Shown here piece by piece: positions 1-8,119 of a stretch of DNA of 64,000 nt. The position numbers and the translations under genes were made by a program. Location of the stretch: positions 37,173-101,172 of the forward strand of contig DATHMF010000106.1 in assembly GCA_035487355.1 (NCBI GenBank). The letters are read 5' to 3'. Every line of letters begins with the position of its first letter. Within the stretch, counting starts at the first letter, position 1. A model generated the notes under the pieces. It did not search any database. It had not been told where the DNA came from and was given only the letters and a program-made list of their open reading frames with translations. The DNA is from Terriglobales bacterium (GTDB lineage Bacteria; Acidobacteriota; Terriglobia; Terriglobales; Acidobacteriaceae).

Positions 1-234
1 TTTGTTGAGTAGGCCTTTGACTTTAACGACATTGTCCTGATCGAAGGCATTGATCATGTCGGCGACGTTGTCCCAGGCCTTGGCTTCAAGCGATCCGCTG
101 CGGTCAGCCAGCGAGAGCGCAAGGTAAGGCTCTCCGTTTTTCTTGGCCTTGACCTGTTTGGCAGTGACGATGAACGAAGACGTAATGTTCTGGTTCTCGT
201 GGGCAGCGCAATCGCGAATGTAAAAATCTTTCAT
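1..234 (-). CDS. N-terminal 78 codons of an OB-fold / HD-domain protein (YhaM-like 3'-5' exoribonuclease family). The gene runs off the window start.
   Basis: Hand translation of the minus strand from ATG at 234-232 gives MKDFYIRDCAAHENQNITSSFIVTAKQVKAKKNGEPYLALSLADRSGSLEAKAWDNVADMINAFDQDNVVKVKGLLNK. It stays open to base 1 and is absent from the ORF track because no stop lies in the window. The L.L.D.SG.LEAK.W pattern is typical of OB-fold N-termini in this family. Confidence 0.55.
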   Translation of the reverse strand, partial: MKDFYIRDCAAHENQNITSSFIVTAKQVKAKKNGEPYLALSLADRSGSLEAKAWDNVADMINAFDQDNVVKVKGLLNK

Positions 235-284
235 ACGAAAACACACAAAAGGGTGATTGGAAGGAACTGTGGATGAGGGTATCA

Positions 285-333
285 CGAAAAGCAGCTCCCG
301 GTTCCGGGTTACCCGTAACCGGAAGAGCTGCTT
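285..333 (-). terminator. Rho-independent terminator after the SurA-like gene
   Basis: AAGCAGCTC (289-297) pairs perfectly with GAGCTGCTT (325-333), and the inner arms CCGGTT/AACCGG also pair. On the minus strand the stem is followed by TTTTCG. It sits 13 nt after the stop at 346-348. Confidence 0.7.
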
Positions 334-345
334 AGCGTTCAGTTC

Positions 346-1458
346 TTAGAAGATCCCCATTTTTTTCTTCTTCTTCGGCGCCTTTGCCGTCTCGGCAACA
401 GGGGCGGTATAGATGGGCTTGGTTTGGTTAGGGCTGGCGCCCGAATCCACATAGCCTTGCTTGATATCAATGTAAGCCTCTTCACGCAGCTTGGTCAGAT
501 AGGCGCGCAAAGCGGGCTGGATTTTTTGCAGGTAAAGTGTCTCCTGAATATCCGGCGCCGCATCCTTGAGAGGCACCACGCCAGCCTGGGTATGCTCGGT
601 GACTTTCAGGATGATGAAGCCCTGCTTGGTACGGATGACGTCAGTCATATCTCCGGCATTCATGGCGAAGGTCTTGTTCTCGAGCTCCGGCGCCAGCATG
701 CCGCGCTTGAAGTAGCCCAGGTCACCGCCCTGGGCGGCAGTGGGACCGTTAGAAGATTTCTGTGCCACCTCATCAAACTTTGCTCCACCCTTGATTTGGG
801 CCAGCAGGTCGTTGGCTTTTTGTTCGGCAGCGGTCAACTGGTCGGGGGTAGGAGGAATTTCCTCCTGCTTCTTTGTATCGTCGGCGCTCACATGGGGTGT
901 GGGGGCAACCAGGATCTCGCTCAGGCGGACCTGCTCGGGTTGATCAAAGTCTTTCTGATGGTCGGTGTAGAACTGCTTGATTTCGGTCTCGGTGATCTGG
1001 ACCCTGGAACCGACCTCGTGGCCAATCACCTGTTGGGTAACGATCTGGTTGCGCATGTTCTGCTTGAAATCTTCCCAATCCACGCCTTGCTGCTCAGCGG
1101 CCTTCTGCAGGTCTTCAATCGTTTCCAGGTGCATCTGCTTGCGCATTTCATCCAGGCGCTTGATCACATCGGTATCGGCGGTAATCCCCAGGTCTTTCCC
1201 TTTTTGCACCAGAAGGGCCTGATCAATCAGGTCGCGCAAGACGTCTTTCTCCTTCGCGGCCAGCATCTGCTCGGCCTGCGCCCCATACTTGTCTTTGAAT
1301 TCATTCTGGACCTGGGTATGGCTGCGCTGGAATTCAGAGCGGGTGATGATTTCGTCGTTAACGCGGGCAACAACCTCCTGAATCACCGTATCGGCAATCA
1401 GCGGCACGGCGGCCAGTAAGGTGACAATAGAAGCAAATGCGAGAAAACGTAGTTTCAT
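346..1458 (-). CDS. SurA-like periplasmic chaperone / PpiC-type peptidyl-prolyl isomerase
   Basis: ORF 346..1473, with the likely start at MKLRFLAFASIVTLLAA (signal peptide). The N-terminus is SurA-like (VVARVNDEIITRSEF). A parvulin-like segment follows (GGDLGYFKRGMLAPELE...DVIRTKQGFIILKV). Confidence 0.85.
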   Translation of the reverse strand: MKLRFLAFASIVTLLAAVPLIADTVIQEVVARVNDEIITRSEFQRSHTQVQNEFKDKYGAQAEQMLAAKEKDVLRDLIDQALLVQKGKDLGITADTDVIKRLDEMRKQMHLETIEDLQKAAEQQGVDWEDFKQNMRNQIVTQQVIGHEVGSRVQITETEIKQFYTDHQKDFDQPEQVRLSEILVAPTPHVSADDTKKQEEIPPTPDQLTAAEQKANDLLAQIKGGAKFDEVAQKSSNGPTAAQGGDLGYFKRGMLAPELENKTFAMNAGDMTDVIRTKQGFIILKVTEHTQAGVVPLKDAAPDIQETLYLQKIQPALRAYLTKLREEAYIDIKQGYVDSGASPNQTKPIYTAPVAETAKAPKKKKKMGIF

Positions 1459-2104
1459 GAAAGACCCAATCATTTAGCCTGAATTTAGGCAGATATGGTT
1501 TTGGATATTGTACCGCTAAAGAGCAGTTTCCAGTTCTCAGTTGCCAGTTCGAGTGGATGGATAGATAAATCCTCTCAAAGGCGGGCCGAAAAGACACCCC
1601 ATAAAAACGCGCCCCTTGCTCGCCGAACAAGTAGTACCCTCCCCCCATTACTCGGAGTAGTTCATACCATGATAAGTCTATACGATTCAATTACATACGG
1701 ACGAGGCGGAGTAGTGTGTCTGATATGTACTTTGCCTTAACTCCCGGTATCCCCGATCCCTCTCAGCGCCTTTTCCAGGCACAAGAACTGGTGAAACCGA
1801 GAACTGGCACTGGGGACTGTTGTTGCGAATCTTCAAAGACCCAGAGGCCAAAGCCCCGGGCATTCTTGAATGCCAGGACTAATGATGCCCTAGAAGCCTC
1901 GGGAGTTGAAGGGTTTGATACCACCCTGGTGCCAGGGTCAGAGTGTGATCGGGTCATTGAGTCATTAAATACATTGGGTGATTCAGGTTCTTGAAGAAGA
2001 ACGGTATGAAATAATCAAGGCTGAAACCGTCGACGGCATAGAAACACTCACTAGTTCATTTTTCGGGAAGTGGCGGGATTGATGGAATACCTGTGATTTG
2101 AATC

Positions 2105-2144
2105 GAAAAAAGACGTAGAGACGTAGCAAGCTACGTCTCTACGT
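2105..2144 (-). terminator. Rho-independent terminator after the phosphoesterase gene
   Basis: A perfect 15-bp inverted repeat, ACGTAGAGACGTAGC (2113-2127) / GCTACGTCTCTACGT (2130-2144). On the minus strand it is followed by CTTTTTTC (complement of 2105-2112). It sits 17 nt after the stop at 2162-2164. Confidence 0.75.
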
Positions 2145-2161
2145 GTGAACATCGTTTCCGG

Positions 2162-3601
2162 CTAATCGTTATCAGGCGGCTCAGGCGGTCTCTTATCATT
2201 CAGGAAGAAACTGGGCCCCAAGGGCGCCGCGATCTTATTAAAAGGCCGCGGCGTCTGGCTGAAGTTAAAAAAGCCCGAAAGATCGCCGTTGGCGCGTGAG
2301 TCGGCAAAACCCAGCGCGCCTTCGCGGATGTTGAAGACCCCCTGGATAAATTTCAGAATGCTGCCGAAGTCGTGCGGGTTAACGTTATTGATGTACCCTT
2401 TCGGTGTATAGGTTGAGACCACGATCAACGGCACGCGGAAACCGTACTGGTAATCGCCCGGATTGCCCGCCAGGATCTGAGGTTTTTGATGGTCATACCA
2501 TCCGCCCCAGTCGTCCCAGGAAATCACAATGGCTGTATCGGACCAATAACCTTTTCCCTGTTCGCATGTGGTATCAGTCCCAATGGCATTGACGATAGAA
2601 GCCACCCACGAAGGGCCTCCGACCGTGTTGGGGCTTCCGGGATGATCGGAATTCTGTCCGATGGGGATGACCCAGCTCACCTGGGGAAGCTTGCAGCCGG
2701 TGATGTCGCTTAGAACATGGGCTGGTGTGAGGTCTACGTTCTTGATCCAATCTGGACCCGTACAAGTTCCTCCCGTAGGCATATTGGGTTGGCAGATGTG
2801 ATTGATTGCATCGGGGGCCGTCCAAATGGAGCCTGCTCCGGGGGCGTAGTATTTCCAGGAGACTCCGGCTGTATCCAGCAGGTCTGCCATGGTCTGGTGC
2901 TCGAAACATGGATAGATTTTCTGGTTCTCGCCGCTGGGCGTGATCAGTTCGACGGTTGTGCCGGCGAGTGCTATGCATCCTGCCGGCCCTTTTGTTCCGC
3001 TCATGTTCTCTGAAGCATAGATACCGGCGGGGTCATCGGAGGCCTTCGGAGCAGAGGTCCCGCCGAAGAGAAATTGATGGGCGGGGAAGCTGGGTCCCTG
3101 GTTGGTTTGGAACATATAGTTCGCCCAACCGTATTGGGTGGCCAACTCCAGGTAAGGATTCAAAATGCCGGTCGAGTTATCAACAAACTTAAACTGCGGC
3201 TTGGCGGGGCAGGTGCCGGAGCAGGGAATATCGCCGGCGCCATCCATCTTGCCACCGTCGTACATTTTAATGAAGGCAGTGTGGGCGTGGCTGAGATCAT
3301 AAGTATTTCCCAGCGCAACCGGCCCCGGCTGCGTCACACCGGTAGTTGAATGCTTGTCGAGCCAGTTGCTCGTCTCGATGTTGTATTGGGTTGCGCTTGG
3401 GGTTGTGTTGCATGAGCTGGCTGTACCAAAAGGTGGGCTGCACAAACCCTGAAAAAGATTGTCGGGCGTGCGATTCTCCTGGAATATCACGACCACGTGC
3501 TTAATCGGATTGGGGAACTGAATACTCTGGGCCTGCGCAAGCATGGTTCCAAGCCAGGTGAGTACGAGTAAGAGAAATAAACCCTGGGGGGTGCGTTTCA
3601 T
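2162..3601 (-). CDS. Secreted phosphoesterase-family protein (phospholipase C / acid phosphatase AcpA-like, PF04185-type)
   Basis: The likely start is MKRTPQGLFLLLVLTWLGTMLAQAQS (signal peptide), with GGAGG 5 nt upstream. VVVIFQENRTPDNLF and ISWDDWGGWYDH are characteristic of the phosphoesterase family. Confidence 0.8.
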   Translation of the reverse strand: MKRTPQGLFLLLVLTWLGTMLAQAQSIQFPNPIKHVVVIFQENRTPDNLFQGLCSPPFGTASSCNTTPSATQYNIETSNWLDKHSTTGVTQPGPVALGNTYDLSHAHTAFIKMYDGGKMDGAGDIPCSGTCPAKPQFKFVDNSTGILNPYLELATQYGWANYMFQTNQGPSFPAHQFLFGGTSAPKASDDPAGIYASENMSGTKGPAGCIALAGTTVELITPSGENQKIYPCFEHQTMADLLDTAGVSWKYYAPGAGSIWTAPDAINHICQPNMPTGGTCTGPDWIKNVDLTPAHVLSDITGCKLPQVSWVIPIGQNSDHPGSPNTVGGPSWVASIVNAIGTDTTCEQGKGYWSDTAIVISWDDWGGWYDHQKPQILAGNPGDYQYGFRVPLIVVSTYTPKGYINNVNPHDFGSILKFIQGVFNIREGALGFADSRANGDLSGFFNFSQTPRPFNKIAAPLGPSFFLNDKRPPEPPDND

Positions 3602-3817
3602 TTTTTCCTCCGTGGAATGTTTGTTAAACAGAGATGAAAAAGAAGCCTCTCGAAATGCGGTAGAGGTTACCGAACCTTGCTTCAGCAACTCTCCTTCGAG
3701 GAACCTAACATCTAGCTAGTGGTGTTTAACCCGGAGTTTCAGGATTTGACTCGGTGAGGGTGGGATTTTCACAATTGGCATGGACCGAAATGAAACTGCT
3801 TGGGAGTCTTACACATC

Positions 3818-3896
3818 CTCCGGGATCCTTCGCCTCGGCCCAGGATGACAGACTAGAAACCGATCCGCGCAAATCCGCGTTCATCCGCGGCGAAAA
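3818..3896. repeat. Two short interspersed repeat units
   Basis: The reverse complement of 3818-3850 reads TGTCATCCTGGGCCGAGGCGAAGGATCCCGGAG, the same family as the copies at 12086 and 13338. The stretch 3862-3896, GATCCGCGCAAATCCGCGTTCATCCGCGGCGAAAA, resembles the GATGAACRCGGAT units near 51560, 53020 and 53390. Confidence 0.7.
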
Positions 3897-3904
3897 ATCT
3901 CGGG

Positions 3905-5554
3905 CTACTGCTGCTTTTTCTTGCCGCCGAAGAGCCCCTGGAACAATCCTCCTACGCCTTTGGCGGGATTGGTAATCATATTCCCCAGGCTCTTTCCCAT
4001 ATCGGGAAGGAAAACCGGCTGCGAGGTTGTCCCCTGGACCAGGAAGGGGATTTGTCCTTTCGTGCGGAACAGGCCGCCCATGAAGCCGGACCCGTCATTG
4101 GTTTTGGCCAGCATGTGGAAGTCCAGGGCATTGTTAGGACTAATGACGCCATTGCCGGTGATGGTCCCAAACTGCGGCAGAATGAGCTGCACGTTATCAG
4201 CCTGAATTCCGTCTGGGGCTACGCGCAGATTGGAGCTGAAGGTTTGAATGATTGTGTCACGGCCACCGCTGGCTCCGTTCAGTGTGCTCGCGATGCCTGA
4301 CGCCATGCTGAATCCCGCCAGGCGTGCATTGGCGATATTGAGCGGCCCGGTGGTCACCAGATGGTCCAGCGGCCCATCCATGGATAGATTTGCGCTGATC
4401 GTGCCTCCCTGCAACGACGATCCTGCCGGCAGGTTGACGCCGAAAGCGGGCAGCATGCCCTGGACCTGCGGCAGAGGCATGTTACTGCCGTTCAGCTTCA
4501 TGTGCACAATCGTGCTGTCGCCCTGGGTCTGGTAGTTGCCGGCGAGTTTCATTGCGGTATTGCCCGTATGGATATCGCCGCGGGTCAGCGTACCGAATTG
4601 CCGCTTCAGGTCGTACTGGCTGGTGTAATCGAATGTGACCGGCTGGCGCGCCGGGCCGCCACTGCGCACCAAACGCAGTTTCTCTCCCCTGGCCTTGCCT
4701 TCGGTCTTGACCGTCTTCCCATCGGAGTGCACCGTACCCTGATAATCCAGAGTTCCGGCCAATCCCGAAGAGCTGCCCACGAAACCGGTTGAGGCCAGAT
4801 CCATGTGGGTTACCAGTAGATTGAGCTCGAGCGGGGTCTCGGCCATGTCAATGCGGCTTAGTGGACCGGCGGTGCCATCCATCTGCAGCTTGCCGCCGCC
4901 CGGCGTGTTGGCGCTAAAGCTGAATGGAATGGTGTTGTCGTAGCCGATGTTGGAAGCCTTTAATTCCACGCTGTCGTAAACGTGCTGCCGCGACGGATTA
5001 GCGACACTGGAGACAACAACCCGCCCGTCAGAGATGCGCAGTGTAGCAATGGAAAGACTTCCTGCCGCGGCCTCTGGAGTAGGGGATTCAAACGGTGGTG
5101 CGTCTTTGCGAGCGTGCCCCCGCTGGTTACGCGACTCTGCCTTTGGCGGGCTTGCGCCCAGGCTGGAGAAATTCCATTTGCCTCCGCTGCCGCGCACCAG
5201 ATGCAGTTCGGGTTCACGCAAGGTAACCGAGTTGGCGTGCAGGGAGTGCGAGAAGATCAGCGGCAAGAGTTCAACTCCTACATCCAGCGATTTGGCTTTA
5301 AGAAACGGCTGCAGGCTGTAGTTGGGGTCATCAGCAATGCTGATGTCTTTGGCGCTGATGCCGCCGGCGATCAGGGAAAGCTCCAAGTCGCCGATGACCA
5401 CCCGGCGTCCTAAACTTGACTGCAAGTGTTCTTCGATGGTGGGGCGAAACTGGTTGACGTTGAATAAATAAGGAAAGATTAAGATCGGAATTACGATACC
5501 GAGAAGAACTGCCCCGGTAATCACCAGGCCCTTGTGCTTTTTCATGGCCAACAC
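3905..5554 (-). CDS. AsmA-family outer-membrane biogenesis protein
   Basis: There is an N-terminal TM anchor (KGLVITGAVLLGIVIPILIF). It is followed by FRPTIEEHLQSSLGRRVVIGDLELSL, typical of the AsmA N-domain, and then a long beta-rich repetitive body. Confidence 0.8.
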   Translation of the reverse strand: MLAMKKHKGLVITGAVLLGIVIPILIFPYLFNVNQFRPTIEEHLQSSLGRRVVIGDLELSLIAGGISAKDISIADDPNYSLQPFLKAKSLDVGVELLPLIFSHSLHANSVTLREPELHLVRGSGGKWNFSSLGASPPKAESRNQRGHARKDAPPFESPTPEAAAGSLSIATLRISDGRVVVSSVANPSRQHVYDSVELKASNIGYDNTIPFSFSANTPGGGKLQMDGTAGPLSRIDMAETPLELNLLVTHMDLASTGFVGSSSGLAGTLDYQGTVHSDGKTVKTEGKARGEKLRLVRSGGPARQPVTFDYTSQYDLKRQFGTLTRGDIHTGNTAMKLAGNYQTQGDSTIVHMKLNGSNMPLPQVQGMLPAFGVNLPAGSSLQGGTISANLSMDGPLDHLVTTGPLNIANARLAGFSMASGIASTLNGASGGRDTIIQTFSSNLRVAPDGIQADNVQLILPQFGTITGNGVISPNNALDFHMLAKTNDGSGFMGGLFRTKGQIPFLVQGTTSQPVFLPDMGKSLGNMITNPAKGVGGLFQGLFGGKKKQQ

Positions 5555-5653
5555 CGAATTGCGCTCGCTGCCGCAAAAGCGCTTACTTTAGAACTGGATT
5601 TGAGCCCATGCTATCACTCGAGGCAAGCGCGAGCAACGTTACCACCGTACCTG

Positions 5654-6493
5654 TCAATTGCTGCTACCGTTGGTTGCCGCCAGCGCTGACTCAGCCGAGC
5701 GCATGATGGAGAGGGCCGTAATGTCATTTTGCCCAGGAGTGTTTTTGGTGAACTCCTGCACGGTGTTGAGAACGCCGTTGCACAATTCGTTGGCGTTATT
5801 AAATTGCGCGGCTGCAAGACTCTGGCGGAGGCGCTCTACTCCGAACTCTTTTTGGCCGTTACGGCTCTCCACCAGCCCTTTGCTTACCACCAGCAGGGCG
5901 GCAGAAGGCTCCAGCACTGACATTTGCGCATCATGGGTGGAGTGCGAAAACAGGCCTAGCGGCAATCCGCTGGCCCCGAGCGGCGTGATGCCCTCGCGGT
6001 CTTTCAGAAGCCCAGGGGTGTGTCCTGCATTGATGTAAAAGAGAGTACCCAGGTCCTCTTCATAGCAGCCAAGAAATGCCGGCGCATAGCGTACGCCATT
6101 GGCGAGCTGTATGAGATTACGGTTCAACAGGATAGTGAGATCGCTGAGGGCGTCAGCCTCATTCAGGGGCGAACCTTCAAAGAGCTTGATGCCTTCCGTG
6201 CGAAAGATCTGCTGCAAACTGGCGGCGATATCCAGGGCCTCCTCGCGTTTACCGGCAATATCGAGCAGGAAGAAGACCACGCGTCCGTGGACGGCCTGGA
6301 AATCGAAAAAGTCTCCCCCGACCCGCGCGCCCCGATAAAGCGCGGCCACACTGGCAGTTTGCAGGGTCGGTGCCTGGGTGGCCTCTGGCCTGCGAAGAGA
6401 CCTCTGCATAACAACTTGGCGAAAAGGCAGCTTCATAAATTTCGGGGGACGGGAGGAAGATCTAAAAAATAGCACAACTGGAGGGAAAATCAA
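5654..6493 (-). CDS. Stand-alone PP2C/SpoIIE-type serine phosphatase domain protein
   Basis: Motifs seen are GARVGGDFFDF...LLDIAGKREEAL...YINAGHTPGLL...LLVVSKGLVE...NDITALSI. No sensor domain is present. The true start may be the internal MQRS (about 6409). Confidence 0.75.
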   Translation of the reverse strand: MIFPPVVLFFRSSSRPPKFMKLPFRQVVMQRSLRRPEATQAPTLQTASVAALYRGARVGGDFFDFQAVHGRVVFFLLDIAGKREEALDIAASLQQIFRTEGIKLFEGSPLNEADALSDLTILLNRNLIQLANGVRYAPAFLGCYEEDLGTLFYINAGHTPGLLKDREGITPLGASGLPLGLFSHSTHDAQMSVLEPSAALLVVSKGLVESRNGQKEFGVERLRQSLAAAQFNNANELCNGVLNTVQEFTKNTPGQNDITALSIMRSAESALAATNGSSN

Positions 6494-6662
6494 TCCCTAA
6501 TTTTGGGACAAATCTGTGAAATTTTGTTGAATTGACTTTTACCTGTGATTGTTGGCTGAAGCGCTTTTTACCGGGGGCTGCTGGTTCCCGCTTTTTCTGC
6601 ATGTTTTCAATGACTTGCGGGCTGCCGGCGGTCTGTCACCTCCCACAGCTATGGATCGCAAC

Positions 6663-8075
6663 CTAATTTCCATAGTGCTTCTTCAGGTAGTCAGTGAGGC
6701 CTTCTTCCACATCGGAATAGCCGCCATGAATGGTGCTGCGCATGGCAGCTTCGGTGGAAGAGCCGTCGCCCAGGCGCTGCAAGATGCGCTGGATATCGCT
6801 CATCCCGTAGGTATCGCGGATGTACTCCACTGCGGCCAACCCCTCGTAATAGGCCATGTACGCCTGGCCGCTGGAGAAGTCCATCCATGAGCCTTCCAGC
6901 TCGCTGAGCGGAATCTGGCGGTGTTCCGCATAGACATGCGTGAGCTGCCCGCCCACGGAAGAAGCGCTCTTCGGCTCGAGCGCCTGGGCAATGCCTTCGT
7001 TGAGCCATTGCGGGCAGCGTCCGTGGGTAATCTGGTTGATGAAGGCGTGCGTCAGTTCGTGTTTCAGCACGCGGGAAAGCTCTGAGGTGACGCCGGTAAG
7101 TCCATCCACGGGGATACGCAGTTTGCCGTCGTACACCGCCCCCGACCAGCCGGGCGACTGGGTCACGTCAAAAAACGACTGGGTGGTATAGAGCGAAACC
7201 GAGATGGTCTGGCGGGGCGCAACTCCCAGCTCTCCTACCAGGTCTTTGTAATGGGATTCGAGCGTATCCAGAATCTCTCTGCGCAACACGTCGGTAGTTT
7301 GTTTGCCCTCGTAGTGCAGCGCGAAGTGGCCGCTATCGGCTTCAGAAAAATCACTTTCTGCATTTTTCTCGCGCTGCGCCTTATCCAACATGGCCTGCAC
7401 GTTGGGATCGGGCCGCAGCTTCAATGAGCGCTGCCAGGCGCGAATGGCTTCTTCAGTGTGGTCGGTCTTGAAATAAGCCGCTCCCAGCAGGTTCCAGGCA
7501 TCGGCAGAGTTGGGCTCAAGCCGTGTGGCGCGCTCGGCATACTGAATGGCCTCCTGCCCGCGGTTCAGGGAAAGCAGTGTAGCCACATAAAGATGCAGCA
7601 TGGCCGGGTTATCAGGAGCGTAATGCAAGCCGCGCAGCAGATAACCGAGCGCCAAGTCGCGATTGCCGTTATTGTATTCAAAGCGGCCAGCCACATAGAA
7701 AGCGGCAGCGACCAGCTCGACATTTCCATTGGATTCGATCTCGTTGAGGGCCACCGGATCAATATGGCCGTCGCGAAAAAGCTTGGTTTGGACTTCACCG
7801 GAGCGGCTGATATCTTCAACCGGGGCCGCGATCGTAATGTCCTCTTTCGTCGAGTGGCTTGAGTGTATGGGGGCGCCGCCAGAATCAATGCGGGCTACCC
7901 AGGTTTTGGGGATAGCATAGGTATCGTCGCCGACCTGGTATTCCACCTTGCCGTTTTTTTCGTGGGTGCTATCGGCAAAAATGGAACGTCCATTCTTAAG
8001 GTGGATGGTATCGGCCTGCGCGCTCATCCACGCGACGCAGCAAAAGGCGGTTACAATGACTTTCTTATTGAGCAC
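6663..8075 (-). CDS. Secreted TPR-repeat protein with a C-terminal MA-clan (HExxH) peptidase-like domain
   Basis: TPR-like helices are present (ALGYLLRGLHYAPDNPAMLHLYVATLL, AERATRLEPNSADAWNLLGAAYF). They are followed by VLKHELTHAFINQ...WLNEGIAQALE. I place the start at GTG 8075 (VLNKKVIVTAFCCVAWMSAQA signal), because the full ORF (to 8120) would abut the divergent gene. Confidence 0.75.
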   Translation of the reverse strand: MLNKKVIVTAFCCVAWMSAQADTIHLKNGRSIFADSTHEKNGKVEYQVGDDTYAIPKTWVARIDSGGAPIHSSHSTKEDITIAAPVEDISRSGEVQTKLFRDGHIDPVALNEIESNGNVELVAAAFYVAGRFEYNNGNRDLALGYLLRGLHYAPDNPAMLHLYVATLLSLNRGQEAIQYAERATRLEPNSADAWNLLGAAYFKTDHTEEAIRAWQRSLKLRPDPNVQAMLDKAQREKNAESDFSEADSGHFALHYEGKQTTDVLRREILDTLESHYKDLVGELGVAPRQTISVSLYTTQSFFDVTQSPGWSGAVYDGKLRIPVDGLTGVTSELSRVLKHELTHAFINQITHGRCPQWLNEGIAQALEPKSASSVGGQLTHVYAEHRQIPLSELEGSWMDFSSGQAYMAYYEGLAAVEYIRDTYGMSDIQRILQRLGDGSSTEAAMRSTIHGGYSDVEEGLTDYLKKHYGN

Positions 8076-8119
8076 GCATACAAATTTTAGCAAAATACAC
8101 TCCTCGGGGCCTATAACCA

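Noticed and set aside
424-1419. Long antisense ORFs overlap well-supported genes. Examples are 424..1419(+), 8315..9400(-), 15576..16733(+), 24276..25028(-), 32218..33108(-), 33453..34199(-), 37748..38575(+), 44124..44792(-), 54311..55306(+) and 61278..62033(+).
   Set aside because: Each lies entirely within a gene on the opposite strand that has clear family motifs. Their translations are Arg/Gly/Ala/Leu-rich with no motifs, which is typical of shadow ORFs in GC-rich DNA.
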